A stretch of DNA of 62,680 nucleotides, counting the filler, from Nemertoderma westbladi (taxonomy: Eukaryota; Animalia; Xenacoelomorpha), in assembly GCA_032718475.1 (NCBI GenBank). It is 3 parts of 3 records of this genome, joined end to end, with 100 filler letters (N's around TTAATTAATTAA, not from the genome) between each part and the next. Parts side by side here need not be neighbours in the genome. Positions count along the whole stretch, not along the records: positions 48,869 to 62,680 come from JAUCBJ010004052.1; 2 more parts are not named here. One strand, written 5' to 3'. Each line of letters starts with the position of its first letter. Positions within the stretch are counted from its first letter, which is position 1. This document shows, one piece after another, positions 48,869-61,535 of this stretch. The notes under the pieces are model-generated. The model made no database searches, was not told the DNA's origin, and saw nothing but the letters and a program-made list of their open reading frames with translations. Made by a program: the position numbers and the translations under genes.

Positions 48869-50040
48869 TTCCTTCGGTGTCTGGGGTTGGTGAGTCGGTT
48901 CCTTCAGTGTCTGGAGTCGGCGAGTCGGTTCCTCGAGTGTCTGGGGGCGGTGAGTCAGTCAGTTCAGTGTCTAGAGTCGGTGAGTCGGTTTCTCAAGTGT
49001 ATGGAATCGGTGAGTCGGTTCCTCAAGTGCCTGGGGTTGGTGAGTCGGTTCCTCAGCTGTCTGGAGTAGGTGAGTCGGTTCCTTCGGTGTACGGGGTCGG
49101 TGAGTCAGTTCCTTCACTGTCTGGAGTAGGTGAGTCGGTTCCTTCGGTGTCCGGAGTTGTGTCTGGAGTAGGTGAGTCGGTTCCTTCAGTATCTGGATTC
49201 GGTGAATCTGTCCGTTCAGTGTCTGGAGTCGGTGAGTCGGCTCTTCAAATGTCTCGTGTCGGTGAGTCGGTTCCTCAGGCCTCCGGGGTCGGTGAGTCAT
49301 TCCGCTCAGTGTCTGGAGTCGATGAGTCGGTTCCTCCAGTGTCTGGAGTAGGTGAGTCGGTTCCTTCAGTATCTGGATTCGGTGAATCTGTCCGTTCAGT
49401 GTCTGGAGTCGGTGAGTCGGCTCCTCAAATGTCTCGTGTCGGTGAGTCGGTTTCTCAGGGGTCTCGGGTCGGTGAGTCATTCCGCTCAGTGTCTGGAGTC
49501 GATGAGTCGGTTCCTCGAGTTTCTGGAGTCGGTGAGTCAGTTCCTTCGGTGTTAGGGGTTGGTGAGTCTGTCCGTTTAGTCTCTGGAGTCGGTGAGTCGG
49601 CCCCTCAAGTGTCTGGAATCGGCGGGTCGGTTCCTTCATTGTCTGGAGTCGGTGAGTCGGTTCCTCAAGTGTCTAGGGTTGGTGAGTCGGTTCCTGAAGA
49701 GTATGGCGTCGGTGAGTTGGTTCCTTATGTGTCTGGAGTCGGTGAGTCAGTCCCTTCGGTGTCTGGAGTCGGTGGGTCGGCCCCTCGGGTGTCTGGAGTC
49801 CGTGGGTCGGTTCCTTCATTCTCTGGAGTCGGTGATTCGGTCCCTCGAGTGTCTGGGGTTGGTGAGTCGGTTCCTCAAGAGTATGGTGTCGGTGAGTTGG
49901 TTCCTTCAGTGTCTGGAGTCGGTGAGTCAGTCCCTTCAGTATCTGGAGTCGATGAGTCGGCCCCTCAAGTGTCTGGAGTCGGTGGGTCACTTCCCTCGGT
50001 GTCTGTTATCAGTGTGTCGGTCCCTTCGGTGTCTGTTGGT
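48869..50040 (+). repeat. Degenerate 30-bp minisatellite (VSGVGESVPS units), in frame with the CRE ORF
   Basis: GTGTCTGGAGTCGGTGAGTCGGTTCCTTCA-like units, about 38 copies. Confidence 0.9.
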
Positions 50041-50975
50041 ATTGGTGTGTCGGGCACTCAAGGGTCTGGGGTCGGCTCGTCAGGGCCTCCAATGTCTGGA
50101 GCTGGCACGTGTCCAGTATGTTTGAGGGTCTTTGGAATAAAAGCCAATGGGACTCTGCGCACACATGGCCCACCTGCCAACCGGTGCCTGGGATCTAGTG
50201 TCCAGCCAGATGCTTCAGCCTCCTTGCAAGGTCCCCCCGTGCCCATATTCCTCTCACAACCTCCACAACATTCATCAATAATAGACCATCCACTACCTTC
50301 TGGCTCTCTCACAAGTCACCACCGGTTAGACCCTCCCTCGACTAATGACTCTTACGTCAGTGACATTTTCTGCGGCAGTTTACTGGACGAAACCGTTATT
50401 GCACAGAACATCACTTCCAGTACGACTCTGATTGCCCCATCATCCCCGCCGGAGGTCCCCACCCCGGCACTCCCAGACTTCCACTCATGCACGCTCGCGT
50501 TTAACTGGAACGGTATTCCCGGTGAGGTTTACCTGGGTCGCCTCAAACTAGCATACGACGAGATAGCTCATTGGAACTCCAGTTTGTTCGAGATTCCTCG
50601 ATCTCAGGCGGGTAAAGAGTTTATATCGGCGATGACTAAACTGCTAAATGCGTTTGGCGAGGGTTCCAGTATGGAGGGCTTGGCGATGTATGCAGTCATG
50701 GTAATGCCCAAATTAATGCTGCAAGCTGCGACGAGACCGGTTGAACCTGGTGGCAGTGTGAGTAAGACTCTGCAGAGGAGGTTGGAACTATGGCGGGAAG
50801 GAAACATTGAGGAACTCTTACTTGAAGGGCGCGCTCTGGTTGCTCGCAGGAAGGGCCTCGGGAATAAAATACACCCGGACCATTCCCGGAAGCGGTTTAT
50901 TCACGCCATGAACAAAGGCCGAGTTGGCGCCGCGGTAGATATCGTTGAAGATGGCACTGGTTCCAGAGTCCTTAT
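48877..50975 (+). mobile_element. CRE-clade non-LTR retrotransposon, N-terminal ORF portion, truncated before RT
   Basis: Zinc finger CPVC...LRTHGP..NRC.GS, then AYDEIAHW..LFEIP...AGKEFI...MVMPKLMLQ...RRLELWREGNIEELLLEGR, as in CRE-like elements. The ORF runs into unrelated repeat DNA after ~50975. Confidence 0.72.
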
Positions 50976-51540
50976 ATTGGTTTTTTTTATTACATCGCTG
51001 TTGAGCGTTGAGCGAAGTTTAAACGTCTCAGCGAGATCTTTAGTAGTTCTTGAGTTTTCGATGTCTTTCATTCTACCAGTCTATCCGTCGAAATTTAAAA
51101 AGTTAGACAAACAGACGAACCATCAAACGGACAGATTACATACAACCAACCATTAAAACTGAAGTCGGAAATGATATCACCGACCCCGAATTCCCCCAGC
51201 CCAGCTTTAGTGCCAACTCCAAATATTACTAACCAATTGACAGATCTCAGACAATCAAAGTGGGAACTTTGAAAAAAGGTTCGAACTTTAAAGGAAATTA
51301 TCCCGGAATTACATATTTCGATTTTTCAAAATACTACTCCACCGCCAATTTTCACCTCAATTCTATAATTTATGGCTCGTTTGAAAGGTTTTTTGAAGAT
51401 CTTGAAAAATTCTCAGCACCTTTTAAAAAACGTTTTGTCCAAATATTATTACGAATTTGAAATAAATAATTAAAAATTTATAATTTTACAACTCTGATTG
51501 AGAGTTTAAAAAAGTTGATATCAAACATTTGGGATAAATA

Positions 51541-52846
51541 TCAAGTGACTACCATTCAAGTGACTAGCATTCAAGGGACTAGTATTCAAGTGACTAGCAT
51601 TCAAGGGACTAGTATCCAAGTGACTAGTATTCAAGTGACTAGTATTCAAGTGACTAGTATTCAAGTGACTACCATTCAAGTGACTAGTATTCAAGTGACT
51701 AGCATTCAAGTGACTAGTATTCAAGTGATTAGTATTCAAGTAACTAGTATTCAAGTGACTAGTATTCAAGTGACTACCATTCAAGTGACTAGTATTCAAA
51801 GTATTCAAGTGACTAGCATTCAAGTGACTAGTATTCAAGTGATTAGTATTCAAGTGACTATTATTCAAATGACTAGTATTCAAGTGATTAGTATTCAAGT
51901 GACTAGCATTCAAGTGACTAGTATTCAAGTGCTTAGTATTCAAGTGACTAGTATTCAAGTGACTAATATTCAAGTGATTAGTATTCAAGTGACTAGTATT
52001 CAAGTGACTAGTATTCAAGTGACTAGTATTCAAGTGACTAGTATTCAAGTGACTAGCATTCAAGTGACTAGTATTCAAGTGATTAGTATTCAAGTGACTA
52101 GTATTCAAGTGACTAATATTCAAGTGATTAGTATTCAAATGACTAGTATTCAAGTGACAAGAATTCAAGTGCCTAGTATTCAAGTGATTAGTATTCAAGT
52201 AACTAGTATTCAAGTGACTAGTATTCAAGTGACTACCATTCAAGTGACTAGTATTCAAAGTATTCAAGTGACTAGCATTCAAGTGACTAGTATTCAAGTG
52301 ATTAGTATTCAAGTGACTATTATTCAAATGACTAGTATTCAAGTGATTAGTATTCAAGTGACTAGCATTCAAGTGACTAGTATTCAAGTGCTTAGTATTC
52401 AAGTGACTAGTATTCAAGTGACTAATATTCAAGTGATTAGTATTCAAGTGACTAGTATTCAAGTGACTAGTATTCAAGTGACTAGTATTCAAGTGACTAG
52501 TATTCAAGTGACTAGCATTCAAGTGACTAGTATTCAAGTGATTAGTATTCAAGTTACTATTATTCAAGTGACTAGTATTCAAGTGACTAGTATTCAAGTG
52601 ACTAGTATGCAAATGATTAGTGTTCAAGCGACTTGCATTCGAGTCACTAGTATTCAAGTTACTAGTATTCAAGTGACTAGTATTCAAGTGACTAGTTTTC
52701 AAGTGACTAGTATGCAAGTGATTAGTTTTCAAGTGACTAGCATTCAAGTGACTAGTATTCAAGTGACTAGTATTCAAGTGACTAGTATTCAAGTGACTAG
52801 TATTCAAGTGACTAGTATTCAAGTGACTAGTATTCAAGTGACTAGT
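51541..52846. repeat. 15-bp minisatellite (CAAGTGACTAGTATT), ~87 units
   Basis: Tandem units read directly; they translate as QVTSI or NTSHL repeats. Confidence 0.97.
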
Positions 52847-53006
52847 GATGTTTCTAGTGAAATAGAATTACCACTCGACTAGAGGGTGGCAATACATTTT
52901 CAAATTTCCATTTGTGTTGTCTCCCCACTTTGGCTGAACACAACATAACATATCTTTTTGACCTACACCACACTGACGGAGCTGTTTTGAAACTAACATC
53001 TCCTGA

Positions 53007-53216
53007 GGGTTGGGTGAATTCTTAGCCCGCGAGTAGTCTTAGAGCGCGGGTAATCTTAGCCCGCGAGTATTCTTAACCCGCGAGTTAGTGAAGGAGTATG
53101 TTAGTAAAGGAGCAGGTTTCAGAGGCGTATTGGGGGAACCAAAACAATAAACGATATTGTTTTGCGAGAATACTCGCGGGCTAAGAATACTCGCGGTTTA
53201 AGAATTCCTGAGACCC
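53007..53216. mobile_element. Small MITE with inverted TCTTAGCCCGCGAG subrepeats
   Basis: GGGT...GAATTCTTA / TAAGAATTC...ACCC inverted ends with TCCTGA on both flanks; TSD length is ambiguous (2, 4 or 6 bp). Confidence 0.65.
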
Positions 53217-53436
53217 TCCTGAGGGGGTAACCACACTTAATTCCGGACCAGTAATTTTTTGCGTCTGTGGGATGAAATTACGAAATCTCCGGGGGGTGGT
53301 ATTTTATCCCTTAGACAATGAGAGATCGGTCCAGTGATATCTCACTACACACTGCAATATTGAGAGCCCATATCATCAGTACAAATAATTTTGCGCTAAA
53401 ATTAATTAGGCCTACTTGTATTATTTTTTCATTAAG

Positions 53437-53610
53437 GATGAATGGTTCTCAACTTTGTGGTCCGACTACCGGTGCCGCACCGACTACCAACAGATCATTC
53501 CTTCTAAACATTCCGTTTTACGGATTCTATCAATAATAGAACAATTCTACGCCTTCCTTATAGGCCGTCAGCGGGAGATTATTAACTACCAGGACATTCC
53601 CTCAACAATA
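53437..53610 (+). CDS. Uncharacterised TSNAXIP1-like gene, exon a
   Basis: cattaag|GAT...ATA|gtaagt, phase 0-0; DEWFSTLWSDYRCRT...ILSIIEQFYAFL. Confidence 0.75.
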
Positions 53611-53704
53611 GTAAGTAAATATATCTGCTTTTTCTCCCTGCGTTTGTTTATATGTATTACATATTTACCTGAAATTACTTATTTATATTTTGTTTCCCTT
53701 CTAG

Positions 53705-53812
53705 GATACCTTCTATGATTTCCTTAAACAAAGGTATACAATTGATGACGTCATATACTCAGCTGCCCACGATCTGATATACTCCTTAGAGCAACACTGT
53801 AAAAGCGAGCAG
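53705..53812 (+). CDS. Uncharacterised TSNAXIP1-like gene, exon b
   Basis: ttctag|GAT...CAG|gtagga; DTFYDFLKQRYTIDDVIYSAAHDLIYSLEQHCKSEQ. Confidence 0.75.
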
Positions 53813-54436
53813 GTAGGATAATCAATTATCATGGTAATAAAAAGTAATTACATCGTAATTTTCAATGTGAATAAGAATTAATTGTTCGTGTTTTGGTTTT
53901 CTCGATTTAAGATAACTTAGCTTAGCTTTCCTTCATTCCAATGTCCTTCAATCACATTAATTACACTTTATCTCATAAAGGACATTCCTTTATTTCTTAG
54001 AAATTTCACTTCGCATATAAATGCCACCATTATCATATTGATGCCAATTTTTTAAACCCCAGAATACCCCATAGTTACCATAGAAACCCCATAGTTAAAT
54101 TCTAAAATACATATTATTGAGCTTTGGTTGGACCACTTGCTGTTTCATGTTTCCAAAATACCAAGATATCTTTATTATGTTATATAATTATTAATGGTCT
54201 TTTTAAAATGTCCGCAGATATTATGAGTGAAAATGATGCTGACAGCAGAAACGCGCGAGAAATAAGGGGAAATAGGTGCTTTACTAACCTGCGTGCTCTT
54301 GTTAACTTTCGTTTGTTGTTTTGGTTCCTTCTAACTGTATTGGTAACCCGATAACTAAAAACGAATAGAGTTAAGTATCGACTCCTCCTCCTCCCTCCAA
54401 CCAACGTATATTTATCTTGTTTGTTTTATCTTGTAG

Positions 54437-54589
54437 ATGATCCTCATGTTTGTTGGCTGTCTCGTCGGTTTCTATGAGATCTCCAGTGTCCAGTATCTGC
54501 ATCACGTAGCTGACTTGGTGTGCCTCGTCGAATGGCAGGAGGTAGACGATATGCGGATTTTTCTAAGTGTATTTTACCCCTTTAATAAT
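54437..54589 (+). CDS. Uncharacterised TSNAXIP1-like gene, exon c
   Basis: cttgtag|ATG...AAT|gttagt; MILMFVGCLVG...VEWQEVDDMRIFLSVFYPFNN. An alternative donor exists after 54607. Confidence 0.7.
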
Positions 54590-55088
54590 GTTAGTGACAG
54601 TATCAAGGTGATACATTAATACACTACCGTATTACAGTAATACTCGAAAATTTAGACTTGCTATAAACCTATAAACTTGCTGGGGGCAATAATTCCCCCC
54701 CCCCCCCCCTCCTCCTGCCCCCCCCCCCCCCTTCCCGTGCGCCTATGACTTTGTATGTATAAATAGCAGCTTTTTTTTCATCCGTAACTTCAACTTTAAA
54801 TAATTCAACAGAATGAGTTGTTATATTAATTAGCCAATAGCGGCTGATTTAAATATTTGCTTCCCCACTACTTACCGTTTAGCCGTGCTCTTCTGCAATT
54901 CCTTGCGTTTTAACACCCACCAGACTTATAACTTGTTATTGTTTCAGTCGTTACTTTTTCTTGCACCAACCCTCCTACTATTCCTATTCCTTATTGCGCC
55001 CTGCCTAAATATTGCGTCAGGTAATTTGCACTTTAAACTGAAACCATATGAAGTAAACTGTTGATAATCATGTGTACACCACCCACAG

Positions 55089-55214
55089 GAAGATGATATC
55101 GATACATTGATGCTGGACTACACAGCCTTCAGCGAGAATAAGATCAGTACAGCCCTTGTTATGGATTACATGATATATATGGAACTGATGCAAAAGGAAC
55201 CGCGATCGCAGGAG
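55089..55214 (+). CDS. Uncharacterised TSNAXIP1-like gene, exon d
   Basis: ccacag|GAA...GAG|gttagt; EDDIDTLMLDYTAFSENKISTALVMDYMIYMELMQKEPRSQE. Confidence 0.72.
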
Positions 55215-56185
55215 GTTAGTTAACATAGATCAGAAATGGGCCGAATACAAATGATGTCACGGTCAAAGGAGGGGGGTTGCAATTTTGTGACAATGTGTGA
55301 CATGGGGGAAGGTAGGTTTATTTAACGTTTATTTAGGCTATTTAACGCTGCCCATGCCTTCCCCTTAGGTCTTCACCTGACTTTCTGATCCAATAAGATC
55401 CCAAGTAGCAGAAGTCATCCACGTGCTCAAGCGTGCCATCCCTGGAGCTTATGCCTTCACGATCAGACATTTCTTGAGGGGTGTCTAGGTTGACTGCCAT
55501 GATTTTGGTCATCTTGGAATTTACAAAAAGACCAGCACTAGAAGCAACCTGCTCCAATGAGCAGAGGAGCCTTTGGGCTCCCTCTAGTGATTCTGACAGT
55601 ACCCCTATGTCATCAGCAAAGTCTAGATCAGTAAGTTACTTTGCCGGATTTCCCCTACTTCTTGTGCCAGTAGGGGGTGTTACCATAACCCATTCTTAAT
55701 TAGATGGTCTAAGGACATGCGTAGAACATAGTCAACCACAATAATGAACAAGAATGGTGCAAGTGTGTCTCCCTGGAGGACGCCCCATAACACTTCAAAT
55801 GGTTCTGTGTCACCGTCAACAGTAGACACAAATGTTGTCGAACCATCGTATACTGATCTGATTGCTGCAATAATTTCATCAGGAATCTCATATAATGAAA
55901 GTATGCTGAACATACGTGAGCGAGAGACTGAATCAAAGGCCTGGAAGAAGTCAACAAAGATAACAGCCAGATGCCTGTCTTTCTTTTTTGATAACTCTTC
56001 CATTATCCTTCTAAGTGCCAAAATGGGCTCCATGGTCCCACGACCTTTACGGATCCCATTTTGGTTCCCACGTAACAGTCTCTCAACAGGATTCCTGATG
56101 CTATTTAATATAATTCTGTTGTATAGCTTTGCAGCTATCGAGATCAATGATATAAATATGTTGTATATGTCTTTTGTCTGTTGTA

Positions 56186-57379
56186 TATGGCATACTTTTA
56201 GTATTTTTATTCGACATTTTAATTCCCCTTGATATTTTTCTGAATTTAGTCGCGAGATAAATGATTAAACTCGCAAGAAAATTATTAAACTCGCGAGAAA
56301 ATTATTAAACTCGCGAGATAAATGATTAAACTCGCGAGAAAATTATTAATCTCGCGAGATAAATGATTAAACTCGCGAGAAATTTATTAAACTCGCGAGA
56401 AATGAATTAATCTCGCGAGATAAATGATTAAACTCGCGAGAAAATTATTAATCACGCGAGATAAATGATTAAACTCGCGAGAAATTTATTAAACTCGCGA
56501 GAAAATATTTAATCTCACGAGAACAATCGTGATTGGCGCTCTCTATGACAACACGAAACAAACATCCAATCACATTAGTTATTTAAGTAAGAGCTATATT
56601 TAAAACCGATTACAATGCCATTTCAGCATTATTGAATCTATTATGTTATATTTTATCGTAAGAAAATCATGTATTCTTATCACTTGTTGTATATTTTACT
56701 GGCCACTGCTACAACTGCTGTTTCATGTGAGGTCTTAGAAACACTAATTCAGAACTATTAGGCCTACTAATACATTTAACTGGTATGGATGGTGGATACG
56801 ATCCCGTCGAATTCTTTGTGAACCATTTGGAAGACTTAATTAAAGAATGCGTATTGTGAATTAAGAATGTGTATTTTTCTCGCGAGTTTAATAATTTATC
56901 TCGCGAGATTAATTATTTTCTCGCGAGGTTAATCGTTTATTTCGCGAGATTAATTATTTTCTCGCAAGTTTAATCATTTAACTCGCGAGTTTAATTATTT
57001 TCTCGCGAGTTTATTAATTTTCTCGCGAATTTAATCATTTATCTAGCGAGTTTATAAATTTTCTCGCGAATTTAATCATTTATCTCGCGAGATTAATTAT
57101 TTTCTCGCGAGTATAATCATTTATCTCGCGATATTAATTAATTTATCGCGAGTTTAATCATTTATCTCGCGAGATTAATTAATTTCTCGCGAGTTTAATA
57201 ATTTATCTCGCGAGATTAATTATTTTCTCGCGAGTTTAATCATTTAACTCGCGAGTTTAATAATTTTCTCGCGAGTTGAATAATTTTCTCGCGAGTTTAA
57301 TCATTTATCTCGCGACTAAATTCAGAAGAATATCAAGGGGAATTAAAATGTCGAATAAAAATACTAAAAGTATGCCATA
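56186..57379. mobile_element. Non-autonomous foldback element, IS3EU-like termini
   Basis: Long TIR TATGGCATACTTTTAG... / ...CTAAAAGTATGCCATA, 6-bp TSD GTTGTA (56180-56185, 57380-57385), and inverted arrays of 20-21-bp CTCGCGAG repeats. Confidence 0.8.
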
Positions 57380-57502
57380 GTTGTATAGCTTTGCAGCAAT
57401 CGAGATTAACGAGATTCCAAAAAAGATCCCGGGTTGTTAGGTTGCCCTTCTCTGGGACCAACGTATTTGTTTTCAAGCTTGAGGGACTCTCTTTGTACTA
57501 TA

Positions 57503-59998
57503 CTGCCGTTGTTTGGCAATACACCCTATCTCAAAATTTTCAAAAAAAATTTTATTTGACCAATTGGGGTAACTTGACACGCTCTTTTCAATGAAACTAA
57601 GAAAAGTGGGGTGTTCCTTTCACGAAATCGGACTTTTTCAATCTTAAAACACCCCATGGCAGCATCTTAAATCAACAGCTGCGAGGCAAAACACCCCATA
57701 ACTAAATTCGACCATATAGGGTGCTTTGCCTTGTTAACTCTGTCGACCAAATAACCCTATCCTTGAGTTAGGGTTTTTTGCCTTGCGCTTTACTTTTAAG
57801 CCAATCAATTATTTTCAGGAATTGACCAATCAGAAGTAATATCTTTTGTCATTTAATAATATTTATTTACACTAATTAAAGGTAACTCTGTCTGGCGGGA
57901 AATTAATTTTAGTTATTTTAATTTGACCTGGCGCAAATTAATTTACCCTATTTAGTTATATTGATTTTTGTTAGGAATTTACTCTTTATTACAACCAAGA
58001 ATGTACTAACAGTCTTGTAAGTTTTAAGGGGAAATGGAGTTTGACAATAATGACGAGGAAGATAATCTGGATACGTTTTTTGGATTTGTTATTGCATCAG
58101 AAGGAGAATAGGAACTGGGACAAATGAAGTAGTTGGACGCGGGCCTGGGATGGGTGATGTAGTGTTAGGTACTGGGGAAGCGGAAGGTGGAACTGGGGAA
58201 GGTGGAATGGTTGTTGGAACAGGGGAAGGTGGAATGGTTGTTGGAACTGGGGAAGGTGGAGTGGTTGTTGGAACTGGGGATGGTGGAATGGTTGTTGGAA
58301 CTGGGGAATGTGGAATGGTTGCTAGAACTGGAGAAGGTGGAATGGTTGCTGGAACTGGGGAAGGTGGAATGGTTGTTGGAACAGGGGAAGGTGGAATGGT
58401 TGCTAGAACTGGGGAAGGTGGAATGGTTGCTGGAACTGGGGAAGGTGGAATGGTTGCTGGAACTGGGGAAGGTGGAATGGTATGATGAAACTGGGGAAGG
58501 TGGAATGGTGGTTGGAACTGGGGAAGGTGGAATGGTAGTTCGAACTGGGGAAGGTGGAATGGTATGATGAAACTGGGGAAGGTGGAATGGTGGTTGGAAC
58601 TGGGGAAGGTGGAATGGTTGCGGAAACTGGGGGAGGTGGAATGGTTGCTGGAACTGGGGAAGGTGGAATGGTTGTTGGAACTGGGGAAGGTGGAATGGTT
58701 GTTGGAACTGGGGAAGGTGGAATGGTTGTTGGAACTGGGGATGGTGGAATGGTTGTTGGAACTGGGGAAGGTGGAATGGTAGTTGGAACTGGGGAAGGTG
58801 GAATGGTATGATGAAACTGGGGAAGGTGGAATGGTGGTTGGAACTGGGGAAGGTGGAATGGTATGATGAAACTGGGGAAGGTGGAATGGTTGTTGGAACT
58901 GGGGAAGGTGGAATGGTAGTTGGAACTGGGGAAGGTGGAATGGTATGATGAAACTGGGGAAGGTGGAATGGTAGTTGGAACTGGGGAAGGTGGAATGGTA
59001 TGATGAAACTGGGGAAGGTGGAATGGTGGTTGGAACTGGGGAAGGTGGAATGGTTGCTGGAACTGGGGAAGGTGGAATGGTTGTTGTAACTGGGGGAGGT
59101 GGAATGGTTGCTGGAACTGGGGAAGGTGGAATGGTTGTTGGAACTGGGGAAGGTGGAATGGTTGCGGAAACTGGGGGAGGTGGAATGGTTGCTGGAACTG
59201 GGGAAGGTGGAATGGTTGTTGGAACTGGGGAAGGTGGAATGGTTGTTGGAACAGGGGAAGGTGGAATGGTTGTTGGAACTGGGGAATGTGGAATGGTTGC
59301 TAGAACTGGAGAAGGTGGAATGGTTGCTGGAACTGGGGAAGGTGGAATGGTTGCTGGAACTGGGGAAGGTGGAATGGTTGTTGGAACTGGGGATGGTGGA
59401 ATGGTTGCTGGAACTGGGGAAGGTGGAACGGTTGTTGGAACTGGTAAAGGTGGAATCGTTGTTGGAACTGAGGAAGGTGGAGATGTAGTTGGAACTGGGG
59501 ATGATGGTTAAATAAATACCTTTCTTTACTTTTTGTATTTATTTGGGAAGGAATTAATTTTAGTCACCTCATCATTCATCATTATGTCTTCTTGTTGACA
59601 TGGCAATACACCCCAACTCCAGCAAGCTCTAAACTAATAATACGTGATATAAAATGCTCTACAAAACATGCTGGCAGAACAAAAAATCACTGTTTTATAG
59701 TAGTTTCTTTGAAACCAGAACCATTGGTTAAACACCCTATCTCCAACAAATCAGTTTACATTGAATGGCAAAACACCCTATAATTTTATTTCATCACTTT
59801 AATCCCCTTTTCGTCATCTCTCACACTCTATTCTATTAAAAAAATCTAAGTTAGCCTGTTAAGTTCCCTTAGGACCCAATATCAGCTATATCAGCCAATA
59901 TCAAATAATGTCTTCAATGTTGAATTAGGGGAAACGCGTTTAGGTTAATATCTCAAAATGTGTTTTTTAGGATAGGGTGTATTGCCAAACAACGGCAG
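57503..59998. mobile_element. Non-autonomous TIR element with TA(TA) target, carrying a minisatellite
   Basis: TIR CTGCCGTTGTTTGGCAATACACCCTATC / GATAGGGTGTATTGCCAAACAACGGCAG, flanked by TATA on both sides. The RTE reading rejoins across it (IIVDMY|STKRVP). Confidence 0.85.
58188..59508. repeat. 27-bp G-rich minisatellite (GGAACTGGGGAAGGTGGAATGGTTGTT)
   Basis: About 48 tandem units, with occasional 28-bp variants. Confidence 0.97.
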
Positions 59999-61090
59999 TA
60001 TACATGTCCACAATAATGGGGTGAATGAGCTCCAAACACTCAGGGATTTTAAAGACATCAGGGGGCACGCCATCTACTTGCTGCAGTCTCGATTTCAGCA
60101 ACGGAGATGTCACCAATTCGGATATCTGTGAGCACAGACTCAGATACATGACTTACCTCAACGTTATCAGGCAATACCCTGTCATTGTTTGTTTAGAAGC
60201 TTCTCAAAGTTGTCTTTCCAACCATTGAGGGGTTCAGCTGGAGATTCATTCCTTAACCTAGGTTGGCTTTTCCTCCCAGTTAGCAGGTTTTGGGATTTCC
60301 ATGCCTGGGCTGCTATCATCAGCGATGTTAATGCCATCAACCTGTTTATTGATGAGCTCCTTCAGATTAACCTTCAGTACTGCCTGTTCAGAGACCTAGA
60401 TGCAGCCTTAACTGCATCCTTGGCTGTCCTCGTGTGCGCGAGTCGGCACTCATTCTGTGCCTTAGAGATGTCACTTCGGCACTTCCGAATTCTGTGTTGC
60501 ATCCACGGGGCCCTTTTCCTGTTTCGAGGGTATACAGGAACTGTTTCTGCAGCTGCTAACTTAACTGCTTCTGTAAAGGCAGTATAGCCCTCGCAGTGAT
60601 CTGTTGCCTCAGAGGCGAGAACCTCGTACCTGTTGCTCAGCTGTAGTGTGAAGATGGATCTCACACTTGGCTGTTGCAACAGAGAGGACCAGTCGTGACG
60701 TGGTAAGGCAGAATTCGTAATTCTGCTAGCGCGGATACTAAGTCTTACCTTGGTCACAATAAGGCGGTGATCAATGGAGAAGGGTCGAAGTATAAATGCT
60801 ATACAGTCTTGTAGAGAGCTCCTGTATTTCCTACGAAACAGAATGTGGTCTATCTGGGATTTGTGGCCACTGGGTCCAGTGAGTTCCAGCCTAATACAGT
60901 CCATTTCCATTTTCATGAAATCCTGAAGATGGACAGAATTTCGGTTAACACTATTGCTATAGACCCAGGGCGATGTAGGTGATTGATGCAGACTTGCATT
61001 TAAAGTCATCCGGGAAAGTTAAGAATGCATGCTGATCCACTCCTGATCCACTACTTGTAGATTGTGGTAGAAAGTTTCCACCTCCTCTAC

Positions 61091-61122
<32 letters not shown>

Positions 61123-61348
61123 ACACTAGTTGGAGAATAGCACACAATCATAACCACCTTAGGAAACTTCTTAGCCATTCTTCCAGAACATGAGAGGTGG
61201 CAGCGGATGATGCGGTGGGAAATTTGGTATTGAAATTGACTGTGCTGAGTAGCAATGGGGCGAACATATATCATGTTCTAGAATATTGGGCATATTACAG
61301 GTGCACGGCCACCATAATGTAGTCTATATTCAATTGTTTTTTATCTAG

Positions 61349-61535
61349 ATGGAAATGAAACTTATCCAGCTTCCATCTAAGGAATTCGGAGTCATGACTT
61401 ACGATGAATATTGTTCAGCGGTAGACCAATTAGCACCTTTAGCTAGCACGTCATTGCGTTGCTATTACTATGGTTCGTCTCTTAAAAACCCGTTCCGAGG
61501 GAACAAAGATTCATTACCCTTGGAGGTAATTCTTC
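61349..61535 (+). CDS. Uncharacterised TSNAXIP1-like gene, exon e
   Basis: ttatctag|ATG; MEMKLIQLPSKEFGVMTYDEYCSAVDQLAPL... The donor is either 61525|gtaatt (strong) or 61535|gtatcc (weak, but phase-compatible with the next exon). Confidence 0.65.

Larger units (their letters stand above)
55340..61265 (-). pseudogene. RTE-clade LINE (endonuclease + RT), decayed and split by two DNA-transposon insertions, intronic
   Basis: VCYSPT and SQIDHIL...SIDHRL (endonuclease); ISIAAKLYN...NQNGIRKGRG...FVDFFQAFDSV...GVLQGDTLAPFLF...LDFADD...VDDFCYLGS (RT). Confidence 0.9.

Noticed and set aside
51515-52882. 455-aa and 438-aa pentapeptide-repeat ORFs
   Set aside because: They come from a stop-free 15-bp satellite read on both strands, with no supporting gene structure.
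56240-57320. CRISPR-like palindromic repeats
   Set aside because: No unique spacers; the arrays are the inverted arms of a TIR element.
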